64,000 nucleotides of DNA from Candidatus Fermentibacterota bacterium (GTDB taxonomy: Bacteria; Fermentibacterota; Fermentibacteria; Fermentibacterales; JCC-6): contig CAWJQI010000001.1 in assembly GCA_963845085.1 (NCBI GenBank), positions 320,001 to 384,000 on the forward strand, written 5' to 3'. Both the position numbers and the translations under genes were made by a program. Shown piece by piece: positions 48,115 to 57,631 of this stretch. The stretch's first letter is position 1. Each line of letters begins with the position of its first letter. Below the pieces are notes generated by a model. It ran no database searches. It was not told the DNA's origin and saw only the letters and a program-made list of their open reading frames with translations.

Positions 48115-50201
48115 TTCCCGGAACCCCCGCGCTCTTCAAAGAGGTCGGGCATTTCGTACTTCTCCACGATGCTCCTCAGCCTTTTGTTGAGTTCCGCCGT
48201 TCTCTCCTCTATCTCTTCGAGACTCATGGGGGGCTCGGCAGGCGCAGGCTCAGGGGTCTGAGGCTCGCTCACGGGCTCGGGCTGATCCGGCACGTCTTCC
48301 GGAGCGACTTCTATCGTCTTGATGCTGGCGATGGTCCGGCTGCCGCAGAGTCGCACCCCGCGGGCCTTGACCCCCTTTTCAGGGATGTCGGGCGCCGCGG
48401 TCTGTCCCTTGCGTGTCTTCATGTGTTTCCTTCTTTCGAACCAGTACTCCAGAATGAAGTCGCTGCCCGGGCGGAAGACCATCACCTCGCTCTCCTCGGG
48501 AACGAAGCGGTACCCGCGGTCAAGAATGAACCCGCCGATGCTGAAACGTTTGGCGTAGGGGATCCTGTCGGTTCTGTCACGGAAGACGCAGGTGAAGACT
48601 GCGTCCTTGTCTGCGGGACCGCACCAAAGAACCTCTCCGTCCATCAGGAACTTCTCCTGCACCGGAACTACCTTGTATGTGCCGTCGGCCAGGAAGAAGA
48701 GTATCCTGTCGTACTCCGAAGCGTGCCAGGAAACCCCGCTTTTAACCGCGGTGCCAACAAACCCGGTCTCACGGTCGAACCCCACCCGGAGGTTCGCGAT
48801 GGCAACCTCCCGGCGCTGGATGCCGCTGAAACCCTCGACCGCCGTCCTGCGGGGGTAGAGCTTCCCGTACTTCTTCAGAATGCCTTCAAGTACCTCAACG
48901 GCGTAATCCTTCAGATGGCCGAGGCGCCTCCTCGCAAGGCGCATCCGCGTGCGGATGTCGTCCATCTCGCGGCGGTGGGCCTCGATGTCAAAGCGGCTTA
49001 TCCTTCTGATCTTGAGCGCAAGAAGCCTGTCTATGTCATCCGGCGTGACCTCCCTGGGGTATTCGGTCAGGAAGGGCATGAGACCGCCCGCGACGGCATC
49101 GCGCACCTCCTCGAGAGTAGGACACTCCTCGATCAGCTTGTACAGCCGGTTCTCAATGAAGAGCTGCTCGAGTGTCATCCAGTGAAGGGCGTCTTCGAGG
49201 TTCCTCACCTCGAGCTCGAGTTCGAGTTTCAGAATGTCGAGCAGGCGGAAGGTGCTGTATGAGATCAGGCCGGAAACCGTGGGCTCGACGGGAACACCCT
49301 CCTGGATCACGAGCATGTTGGAGGTGTGGATGACCTCGCACTCGGTGTGCGCGTAGAGCTGCTGAAGGGTCTCATCCGCACCGACACCCCTCGCGGGGGT
49401 GATCTCAATCTCGACCTTCTCGGTCGTGTAGTCGTCGATGCTGGTGATCTTGAGCCGTCCCTTGCGGGCCGCGTTCTCGATCGAGGCCATGAGGGTTTCT
49501 GTCGTTGTCCCGAAGGGGATCTCGCTGATGACGAGTTTCTTGCCGCCACGGGGCTCGATGCGGGCGCGGTTGCGGATCCTGCCGTTGCCGTCGTCATACG
49601 CCGACACATCGATGGCGCCGCCCTGGGGAAAATCCGGCAGAAGGTGGAACTGCTCACCCCTGATGCAGGCGATCTGGGCCTGGATAACCTCGTTGAAGTT
49701 GTGCGGAAGTATGCGGGTGGACATGCCGACCGCTATCCCCTCCGCCCCGAGCAGCAGAAGCACCGGTATCTTGGCAGGAAAGAGCACCGGCTCGCGGTTG
49801 CGGCCGTCGTAGCTTGGAACGAACTCGGTAATGTCGGGGTTGAACAGCGTGTCGCGGGCGAGCTGGGTGAGCCGGCATTCGATGTATCGGGACGCCGATG
49901 CCTCGTCGCCCGTGAGGATGTTGCCGAAGTTCCCCTGTCCCTCGATGAAGTACCCCCGGTTGGCCAGAGCAACAAGAGCGGCCCCTATCGACTGGTCGCC
50001 GTGGGGGTGGTAGCGCATGCAGTGGCCGATGACGTTGGCCACCTTGTTGAAGCGGCCGTCGTCCATTTCAAGCATGGCCCAGAGGATACGGCGCTGCACG
50101 GGTTTCAGGCCGTCAGCCGCGTCGGGGATGGCGCGTTCCTTGATCACATAGGATGCGTACTCCATGAAGTTCTCGCGATAAAGCCCACGCAGACCGGTCA
50201 T
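48111..50201 (-). CDS. parC: DNA topoisomerase IV subunit A
   Basis: YASYVIKERAIP..DGLKPVQRRIL, YHPHGD, ASRYIECRL (catalytic Tyr), GIAVGMST; short C-terminus with no GyrA box visible. Confidence 0.93.
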   Translation of the reverse strand: MTGLRGLYRENFMEYASYVIKERAIPDAADGLKPVQRRILWAMLEMDDGRFNKVANVIGHCMRYHPHGDQSIGAALVALANRGYFIEGQGNFGNILTGDEASASRYIECRLTQLARDTLFNPDITEFVPSYDGRNREPVLFPAKIPVLLLLGAEGIAVGMSTRILPHNFNEVIQAQIACIRGEQFHLLPDFPQGGAIDVSAYDDGNGRIRNRARIEPRGGKKLVISEIPFGTTTETLMASIENAARKGRLKITSIDDYTTEKVEIEITPARGVGADETLQQLYAHTECEVIHTSNMLVIQEGVPVEPTVSGLISYSTFRLLDILKLELELEVRNLEDALHWMTLEQLFIENRLYKLIEECPTLEEVRDAVAGGLMPFLTEYPREVTPDDIDRLLALKIRRISRFDIEAHRREMDDIRTRMRLARRRLGHLKDYAVEVLEGILKKYGKLYPRRTAVEGFSGIQRREVAIANLRVGFDRETGFVGTAVKSGVSWHASEYDRILFFLADGTYKVVPVQEKFLMDGEVLWCGPADKDAVFTCVFRDRTDRIPYAKRFSIGGFILDRGYRFVPEESEVMVFRPGSDFILEYWFERRKHMKTRKGQTAAPDIPEKGVKARGVRLCGSRTIASIKTIEVAPEDVPDQPEPVSEPQTPEPAPAEPPMSLEEIEERTAELNKRLRSIVEKYEMPDLFEERGGSGK

Positions 50202-52006
50202 TTCAGGTTCTCCATGATGAAGGTGCGGCGCTCGGGAGTGTTGCTGCCCATGTAGAAATCAAGGATCTCGGGAACCTCGCGCAGCCTGTCTATGCGTACC
50301 TGGGTGAGCCTTATGTCGGGTCCGATGAACTGGCCGAACTCCTTCGGGCTGATCTCGCCAAGCCCCTTGAACCTTGTGATCTCGGGCTTCTTCCCGAGGC
50401 GTTCCGATTCCCGGTCAAGCTCGGACTGGCTGTAGCAGTAGACCGTTTCCTTCTTGTTCCTGACCCTGAAAAGGGGCGTTTCGAGGATGTAGAGATGGCC
50501 GTCGAGCGCAAGGTCCTCGAAGAAGTGCAGGAAGAGCGTCATCAGGAGGTTGCGGATGTGCATGCCGTCAACATCGGCATCGGTGGCGAGAACGACCCGG
50601 TTGTACCGAAGCCCTTCGACCCCGCCCTCGATGTTGAGGGCACGCATGATGTTGTAGATCTCCTTGTTGCTGTACACCGTTTCGCGGCGAAGCCCGAACA
50701 CATTCTGGGGTTTTCCCCTGAGGGCAAAGATCGCCTGCGTGTGCACGTCGCGGCTTGAAACAAGGCTTCCGGCGGCGCTGAGCCCCTCGGTGAGGAAGAT
50801 GGTCGACTCCTCCTCACGGTCGTGGCCGTCGCCGAGGTGAACCTTGCAGTCCTTCAGGTTCGGGATCCTGATCGCGGTCTGCTTCTCCCTCTCCCTCGCC
50901 TTCTTCTTCACCGTGGCGAGCTCGGTGCGGAGCTTCTGGTTGGCCTGGATCTTCGCGATGAGCCGGTCGGCAAGCCTCTGGTCACGGTGCAGCACCTGCT
51001 CGATCTCCGCCTGGACCCTGCCCACGATTTCCCGCCTGATGTCGGTATTGCCCAGCTTGTTCTTGGTCTGGCTTTCGAACACCGGGTCTTTCAGGCGCAC
51101 TGATACCGCCGCGACCAGCCCGTCGCGAACGTCCTCGGCCACGAAACCCTTGCCGCTGAAAGCGTTCACGCCCTTGAGAACACCCTCTTTGAAGGCCGAG
51201 AGATGCGACCCCCCCGCGCTTGTGTACTGACCGTTGGCGAAGGAGAAATACTTTTCACCGTACGAATTGGTGTGGGTGAAGGCGAATTCGAGCGTTGTGT
51301 TCCTGTAGTACACTGCATCGTAGATCGCCTCCTCGCCGGTCTCATCGTTCAGAAGATCCCGCAGGCCGTCTTCGGAACGGAACACCATGTCGTTGAACTG
51401 CACCCTGAGCCCCGAGTTCAGGAAGGCGTAGTGCTGCATCCGGCGCTCGATGAACTCGTTGCGGAACTGGTACTCGCCGAATATCTCGGGGTCGGGCGTG
51501 AACTCCACCAGGGTGCCGTTCTTCTCCGAGGTGTCGCCCGTGTCATCGGAAACAAGCCTGCCCTGCGAGAATACGACCTGCCTGAATTTCCCGTCACGGT
51601 ACGCGCACACCCTGAAATGGCTTGAAAGGGCGTTCACCGCCTTGGTGCCCACGCCGTTGAGCCCCACGCTGAACACGAACACGTCTGTGTTGTACTTGGC
51701 CCCGGTGTTTATCTCGCTCACGCACTCCACCAGCTTGCCAAGGGGTATGCCCCTCCCCCAGTCCCGGACGGTCACCGTCGAATCGAGCAGCTTCACACGG
51801 ATACGGTTGCCGCACCCCATGATGAACTCGTCGACCGAGTTGTCAACCACTTCCTTGAGAAGGATGTATATCCCGTCGTCGATGTTCGTGCCGTCGCCGA
51901 GCCGGCCGATGTACATGCCGGTGCGAAGCCTTATGTGCTCGATGGACGAAAGGGTTTTAACCTTGCTTTCGTCGTAGATGCCTGTTCCATCCGAAGGAGC
52001 GATCAC
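50198..52006 (-). CDS. parE: DNA topoisomerase IV subunit B
   Basis: HIRLRTGMYIG, EVVDNSVDE, GRGIP, GLNGVG.K.VNALS, TEGLSA, ATDADVDG.HI, RFKGLGEI. Confidence 0.94.
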   Translation of the reverse strand: MIAPSDGTGIYDESKVKTLSSIEHIRLRTGMYIGRLGDGTNIDDGIYILLKEVVDNSVDEFIMGCGNRIRVKLLDSTVTVRDWGRGIPLGKLVECVSEINTGAKYNTDVFVFSVGLNGVGTKAVNALSSHFRVCAYRDGKFRQVVFSQGRLVSDDTGDTSEKNGTLVEFTPDPEIFGEYQFRNEFIERRMQHYAFLNSGLRVQFNDMVFRSEDGLRDLLNDETGEEAIYDAVYYRNTTLEFAFTHTNSYGEKYFSFANGQYTSAGGSHLSAFKEGVLKGVNAFSGKGFVAEDVRDGLVAAVSVRLKDPVFESQTKNKLGNTDIRREIVGRVQAEIEQVLHRDQRLADRLIAKIQANQKLRTELATVKKKAREREKQTAIRIPNLKDCKVHLGDGHDREEESTIFLTEGLSAAGSLVSSRDVHTQAIFALRGKPQNVFGLRRETVYSNKEIYNIMRALNIEGGVEGLRYNRVVLATDADVDGMHIRNLLMTLFLHFFEDLALDGHLYILETPLFRVRNKKETVYCYSQSELDRESERLGKKPEITRFKGLGEISPKEFGQFIGPDIRLTQVRIDRLREVPEILDFYMGSNTPERRTFIMENLK

Positions 52007-52013
52007 CTGGCCT

Positions 52014-52132
52014 CCACAAGATATGGACGATTATACCCGCCGGCGGCACAACATGTTGGAAGCCGCCGAGTCAATTCCTTCAATACACCAAGTATACACC
52101 AACGACAGCGATACAACCACCATATGTGGTGT
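52014..52132. promoter_or_regulatory. Three NrdR-box-like sites and -10 element of parE-parC
   Basis: CACAAGATATGG (52015), CACAACATGTTG (52047) and CACCATATGTGGTG (52118) all fit CACnAnATnTnG; minus-strand TATAAT at 52035-52030. Confidence 0.7.
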
Positions 52133-52219
52133 GTTGACCTTGGCTTCCCTGCGGCTGCAGAATCCCATATGCTTAAAGGGTTCACAGGTTCGACCACCAG
52201 GCAGGAGGGGGTAAGAGAA

Positions 52220-52666
52220 TTGAAAACACCTGACGGCGGCGGGAAAAAACCGGGGATGCAGAAATCCGGCGGCTTTTTCAAACAACCCCGAAAACCCGAG
52301 GAAAAAGTGCGTCCGGTGCATGAAAAACCTGACTACACGCCTGCTCCCAAGCCCCAGCACCAGGGTGAACAGTCCCTGAAGGACCAGTACCGGAAGGAGC
52401 ACTACAGGCAGGAACAGAAGCCCATGTACAAGGCCGGGGAGCAGCCCCTTCAGAAACCCCAGCGCGACGCCGACCACAAGAAGAGGCTCGCTTTGCTTGA
52501 CAGGTTCAAGAACCGGCAGGGGCAGAGCGAAGCCGACATCTCCTCGGCTGAGTCATCCTCTACGGCGTCAACCGGGGGGGGAAGGCGTTCGTGCTGCCTC
52601 GGCTGCGCGGTTTACGCAATGACGGTGCCTGCGCTTGTTCTGCTTGTGCTTTTCTCCGTCATCTAG
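52220..52666 (+). CDS. Hypothetical low-complexity protein with C-terminal membrane anchor
   Basis: TTG start after GGAGGGG; K/Q/P/E-rich body; SCCLGC followed by a hydrophobic tail. Confidence 0.65.
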   Translation: MKTPDGGGKKPGMQKSGGFFKQPRKPEEKVRPVHEKPDYTPAPKPQHQGEQSLKDQYRKEHYRQEQKPMYKAGEQPLQKPQRDADHKKRLALLDRFKNRQGQSEADISSAESSSTASTGGGRRSCCLGCAVYAMTVPALVLLVLFSVI

Positions 52667-52795
52667 AGCGATTCACTGCGGGGTGACCGGCTGACAGTGC
52701 TTGTCGATGTGACAGCGCCCTGTTATTTGTAAGGTGTGGCGGAGCAGCCCGTGTATGCCCTTGTTCCATCAGGATGAAGCGGGAGGTTGCACAAA

Positions 52796-55066
52796 ATGCG
52801 GCTTTTGATCGTTCTGATTGCATTTACTGGTGTTGCATCCGCCCTCCCGCCCTGGGAAACCGTGGGACCCGGGGGGTTCGGCTGCGGACTGATGAGCATC
52901 ACCCAGTCCTTCGACGATCCCGATGTTCTGTATTCCGTCGGGGGGCCTGTTTCACAGGGGAACTACATCCTCCACTCCATGAACCGGGGAGAGCAATGGG
53001 GCCTTCTCTCCTCCCCGGCCAGCCCGCAGAACCACCCCGCTGTTATGGCCCTGACACCCGACGGCGTCATGCTTTTCGCACAGAGCAACCAGGACCAGAT
53101 TGCCCGCTCCTCCGATGACGGCCTCACCTGGACATGGGTGGGAATCGGAAGCGACTACTCCACGGTGTACGATATCGCGACCCTTCCCGGAGTACCGGGC
53201 TGCGCCTGGGCCGTGGGGCGCGGCAAGACGGGCGGCGGTCCGTACAGGGCGTTCTTCTGGCGGACGACTGACTCGGGGCTTTCCTGGAGCACCGACGATC
53301 TTCTCACAACGGGTTCGGAAGCTTTTCGGATCTCCGCCTGCGCCATCGACCCGAACGTTATCTACGTCTCGGGCAGGCAGAATACGTCACCCAGGGTTCC
53401 CATGATCATGAGGTCATCCGATGGCGGCTCCTCCTGGACCGACGTGACGCCGCCCGAATGCATTGCGACAGACAGCATAGGCCTCGGCGTCGCCGTCAGC
53501 CCGGTCGACCCCCTTCTCGTTCTTTTCAGCACGCGAAGGAACGTCTACCGAAGCAGCGACGGCGGGCAATCCTGGTCTGTCGTCAGCGGCGAGGACTGGG
53601 TTCACGACATCGAGTTCTCGCAGGCTGACCCCGAAGCGGCATTCGCGGGGGGTAACGGCGCCATCCTTTCAAGCGCCAACGCGGGGCTCTCATGGTCGAG
53701 GGTCGAGGTCTGGACCGGGTCCGACTCGGTCACGGCCGTCTTCCCCTCAAGAACGGATCAGAACAGCGTGTTCGCCGGCGGCACCGGCGGGTTCCTTGAA
53801 AGCAGCAACGCGGGCGCTGTCTGGACAACCGGCAACGAGGGCATGATGCTCACCGCCACCGGCAGCATCACAGCCTCATCCGGTCCTTCACCAAGGCTTT
53901 ACATGGTTGTCGACGGCACGGTTGCACTTTCCGATGACCTGGGTTCCTCGTGGTCGGCCCGCACGACTCCGGAGGGAATGAACACATACGGCCTCAACAT
54001 CGTTGTCGACCCCTTCGACATCGATCACATAGTCTGTCTCGACTACACCGGGGGCATATACTCGAGCGACGACGGCGGTTCCACCTGGACCGCTTCCGAT
54101 TCGGAACTCGACTTCGGCGGGGCGGCTGCATCGGTTCCCTCAACACCGGGCCTCATGTATGCGGCCGGTTCGAGGAATGTCTCCGGCGAGAGTTTCATGT
54201 CGCTCGGCACATCGTACGACGGAGGCCTGACCTGGAGTTTCCAGGACCTCGGCGACTCCCCGGGTCAGATCTACGCTCTCACCGTCGACCAGCAGCACCC
54301 TGACACGGTCTACGCCGGCGGCTCGTACACCACGATGCAGGGCAACGTTCTTCTCAGAAGCACTGACGGCTGTTCCTCGTGGGAGGAAGTTCAAACGCCT
54401 GTAAACTTCTATGGGATCTACGATGTGGCGGTAAACCCCGATGATCCCGGCATCATTCTTCTGGGAGGGTACGACGGCCTCTTCCGAAGCCCTGACTTCG
54501 GTGCTTCATGGATACTCGTGGAACCCTGCAGCTATGTGGAGCGGGTGCTGTTCGATCCCTCCATCCCCGGACGGGCCTGGTTCTACCAGTGCGGTACGGA
54601 GCTGCTCGGTATTTCCGTGAGCAGTGACGCCGGACTGACCTGGTCCCAGTGGAACGAGGGTCTTGTGACGTATCTCGACGTCGATGCGCTTGCCCTCGTT
54701 CCCGGCCAGCGTCTCTACGCCTCAACCGCATGTTCGGCATTTGCGCTGGACCTCTCCGTTACGGGCATATCGGAAGAGACCGGATCCGATCCGGCCATTT
54801 ACGGCATCCTTTCCATCACTCCCAACCCGATGCGGACCAGCGGCAACATCTGCTACTCCGTGGCCGATGCCGGACCGGTCGAGTTCCTGGTGTTCGACAT
54901 GGCCGGCAGGGTGGTTTCCCGATTCACCGACCAGCCCGAGAACGAGGGCATGAACTCGGTAATCTGGACCCCGGGGAGCGAAGGGCAGCTGAACTCGGGT
55001 GTCTACTTCATCAGGATGAGGTCGGGACAGGAAGGCTTCACTACCAGGGTGATACTGCTCGAATAG
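52796..55066 (+). CDS. Secreted BNR/Asp-box repeat beta-propeller protein with T9SS type A-like C-terminal domain
   Basis: Signal peptide; more than ten S.D.G.(S/T)W repeats; tail PNP...VFDMAGRVV...SGVYFIRM. Confidence 0.9.
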   Translation: MRLLIVLIAFTGVASALPPWETVGPGGFGCGLMSITQSFDDPDVLYSVGGPVSQGNYILHSMNRGEQWGLLSSPASPQNHPAVMALTPDGVMLFAQSNQDQIARSSDDGLTWTWVGIGSDYSTVYDIATLPGVPGCAWAVGRGKTGGGPYRAFFWRTTDSGLSWSTDDLLTTGSEAFRISACAIDPNVIYVSGRQNTSPRVPMIMRSSDGGSSWTDVTPPECIATDSIGLGVAVSPVDPLLVLFSTRRNVYRSSDGGQSWSVVSGEDWVHDIEFSQADPEAAFAGGNGAILSSANAGLSWSRVEVWTGSDSVTAVFPSRTDQNSVFAGGTGGFLESSNAGAVWTTGNEGMMLTATGSITASSGPSPRLYMVVDGTVALSDDLGSSWSARTTPEGMNTYGLNIVVDPFDIDHIVCLDYTGGIYSSDDGGSTWTASDSELDFGGAAASVPSTPGLMYAAGSRNVSGESFMSLGTSYDGGLTWSFQDLGDSPGQIYALTVDQQHPDTVYAGGSYTTMQGNVLLRSTDGCSSWEEVQTPVNFYGIYDVAVNPDDPGIILLGGYDGLFRSPDFGASWILVEPCSYVERVLFDPSIPGRAWFYQCGTELLGISVSSDAGLTWSQWNEGLVTYLDVDALALVPGQRLYASTACSAFALDLSVTGISEETGSDPAIYGILSITPNPMRTSGNICYSVADAGPVEFLVFDMAGRVVSRFTDQPENEGMNSVIWTPGSEGQLNSGVYFIRMRSGQEGFTTRVILLE

Positions 55067-55069
55067 CGG

Positions 55070-56515
55070 TCAGCGGCATCCCTTCCGAACAAACAACCCT
55101 CCGTCCGGCAGCGATGCTTTGAAGGCAAACACTGCGGGCGCCGCGAGAACAAGGCCGGCAGGAATCTCCAGATACCATGGGATCCCGGTAAAACGTTCAA
55201 GGGCAAGTATCCCCGGCACGGGAAGGGTTCCGAGCACAAAGGGCAGGAACAACCCCGGAAGAGTCCCCCTTCCCAGAAGCGCGGCGCATATCACGCCCAC
55301 GACAGCGCTCGAAACGACCGCTGCGACGCCTGCCGCCGGAAGACCGTACCTCCCCATGAACTGGATGTTCAGCACAAGGCTTGCCACGAGCCCCGCAGCC
55401 ACCGCCGGCACGGTCGCTTTCTGTCTGCCCTTGGCGATCACGGCAGAGAGCAGGAAGTTCATGAAGTAGAAGACCGGGATTCCAGCGAATAGAAGGATCC
55501 GCGTCCTGTCGAACTCGCCGGGATCAAGGCCCCTGAGGAATGCATCACCCCAGAGCAGCCTCATGAACAGCTGACCGGGCGGCAGGATCACGGCCACCAC
55601 AACAGCGGAGAGGGCTGAAATGAGCAATGCGATCTTCCTGATCTCGACCCGGGCCGAACCGTCCCGGAATGCCCTGCAGAGGCCGGGGAACAGCGCTCCG
55701 GGGAGAAGGGTCGGGGTCACGATGAGGATCAGCACCTCGAGCACCCTGTATATCTCGTTGTAGGCCCCGACGCTCACAACACCCAGGCTTCTTTCGATGA
55801 CGAGGTTGTCGACACGCTGGTGCAGTATGGCCACCAGCCCCATCAGCCCGAGGGGCCATGTTTCCCTGAACAGACCTGCAAGCCGGGCATGGTGAAAAAC
55901 CGGCTTCACATCGAAACCCAGCGCCCCCGCATCGGCAAAACTCGCGTACGCCATCACCGCACCCCTGAGGAGAAATGCCGAGGCGACCACATACGGGTGA
56001 GCGCGCAAAAGAAGTGCTGCGATCACTGCGAGAAGGAATACGGCAGCCGAGGACACCCTGGCCCCGGCCTCCCGGCTTGCACGTCCCGTCGCCCTGAAAC
56101 AGGCGAATGGCAGCTCTGACATTATCTCAAGCGTCACGCCGATGAGTATCGGAACAAGGATGAACGATTGTTCGGGCGGGTAGCTTGCGAGGGAGAAGAC
56201 CATCAGGCAGGCGAACGAGAAAAGCGCCATCAGGGTTCGGAACCCCAGTGCGCTTCGCCACAGTTCCCTCGACCCCTCCATGCTTCCCAGGCTCATCCTG
56301 CGGTTGACCAGGATGGCCGTTCCGAAATCGGTGATGAAGCAGGAGAAGACAGAAAGCACCACGGCGAGAAGCAGCCGGCCGAACCAGAGGTCGTCCATGT
56401 ACCTGGAGATCAGCATCATCGAGATGAAGAGGGCACCCTTGCTCACGAACTGGCCCATGAGCATTTGCATGCTGTTGGCCCCGCGGTCTCCGCTCGTAAC
56501 GGCTGTGTCTCTCAT
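55070..56515 (-). CDS. Polysaccharide flippase (Wzx/MOP family)
   Basis: Polytopic; FG....,DFG, LHQRVDNLVI.......VGAY, P.L, YG..AA.A. Confidence 0.88.
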   Translation of the reverse strand: MRDTAVTSGDRGANSMQMLMGQFVSKGALFISMMLISRYMDDLWFGRLLLAVVLSVFSCFITDFGTAILVNRRMSLGSMEGSRELWRSALGFRTLMALFSFACLMVFSLASYPPEQSFILVPILIGVTLEIMSELPFACFRATGRASREAGARVSSAAVFLLAVIAALLLRAHPYVVASAFLLRGAVMAYASFADAGALGFDVKPVFHHARLAGLFRETWPLGLMGLVAILHQRVDNLVIERSLGVVSVGAYNEIYRVLEVLILIVTPTLLPGALFPGLCRAFRDGSARVEIRKIALLISALSAVVVAVILPPGQLFMRLLWGDAFLRGLDPGEFDRTRILLFAGIPVFYFMNFLLSAVIAKGRQKATVPAVAAGLVASLVLNIQFMGRYGLPAAGVAAVVSSAVVGVICAALLGRGTLPGLFLPFVLGTLPVPGILALERFTGIPWYLEIPAGLVLAAPAVFAFKASLPDGGLFVRKGCR

Positions 56516-56543
56516 CCCGGAATGATACTCGGCTGACCCGGGA

Positions 56544-57605
56544 TCACGGAAGCCTTTCCCTCAGGCTGATCGCGAGACTGCGAAGCCATCTTGGCCGGGT
56601 CCTGAAGCCCGACAGGCTTTTTGAACCGATGCCGTCAAGAACGCCTGCGTCGCATCCAAACGATGCGAGCAGCTCTGCGAACCCCTCCGGCGGGTGTTCC
56701 GACCCGCGTTCACGGACTATCCGGAGGGCTTCCTCCCTGTCGATGGCCCCCGCCCTGACCATGTTCGCGTACAGGAACTCGAACTTCCCGAAGCCGTTCC
56801 GCAGCCGGAACAGGTAGTCGGAAAACACCGTTCCGCGGCAGTCACTTCTCACGGAAGCAGCGGTACCCCTGTAATCAAGCTCCCGGTCAAGGGTCTCAAG
56901 AATCCGGCCGAGGTCCCAGTCAAGGTAGTCCGGCAGGTTGATCTGCTTCACACGGAACATCCTCTTCCAGCTCGGAAAGAAAAAGTCCCATTGAAGCTCC
57001 TTTCGCGTGAATCCGCCCTTCATGACGTTCCAGAAACAGACCCTGTCCATGTACGAGGTCTCCGACGGCGGGGCCTCAAGCATCTCGTTGAAGGCTGCAA
57101 CTACAAGCCTGATCCCGTGGATGTCGGCCGCCCTGAAGATGGCCGTGGGAATGAGCACCACGCACGCGCTGCAAAACTCGCCCGTAAGTTCGAGAGCCCT
57201 TCTGTAAACACGGTTCAGAAGCTCAGTCGAGGGCGAATAGGTGTAGAGGTCGACCCCCAGCTTCGAAACGCTCCGCTTCACGGAGAACTGGGCTTCCGGC
57301 GTGCTGAAACCGTTGTCGAAGTTGAATGCGAGGGGTTTCATGCCGTATCTGTTCTTCATGAGCCAGAGGGTGTATGTGCTGTCCTTCCCTCCGCTTACCG
57401 GAACAAGGCAGTCGTACTTGCCCCGTCCCCTGCCCCTGTAGCGGTCGAGCAGCCTTTCAAGGGACGCCTCACGGGCGGACCGGTCAACCCCCGCGTACTT
57501 CGCGTCGAACTCCCGGCAGACCCGGCAGACGCCCTCACCGTCGAAATCGATGCGGGGATAGCTTTCGGGAAGGATGCACCTTGTACAGCGTCTTGCTTCA
57601 TCCAT
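56544..57605 (-). CDS. N-acetyl sugar amidotransferase-like PP-loop ATPase (WbpG-like)
   Basis: CTRCILP...FD.EGVC.VC, YDCLVPVSGGKDS, DNGF, VR.G.I.REEAL. Confidence 0.85.
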   Translation of the reverse strand: MDEARRCTRCILPESYPRIDFDGEGVCRVCREFDAKYAGVDRSAREASLERLLDRYRGRGRGKYDCLVPVSGGKDSTYTLWLMKNRYGMKPLAFNFDNGFSTPEAQFSVKRSVSKLGVDLYTYSPSTELLNRVYRRALELTGEFCSACVVLIPTAIFRAADIHGIRLVVAAFNEMLEAPPSETSYMDRVCFWNVMKGGFTRKELQWDFFFPSWKRMFRVKQINLPDYLDWDLGRILETLDRELDYRGTAASVRSDCRGTVFSDYLFRLRNGFGKFEFLYANMVRAGAIDREEALRIVRERGSEHPPEGFAELLASFGCDAGVLDGIGSKSLSGFRTRPRWLRSLAISLRERLP

Positions 57606-57631
57606 GAGCGCACACCGCCCGGAGGTCGGGC

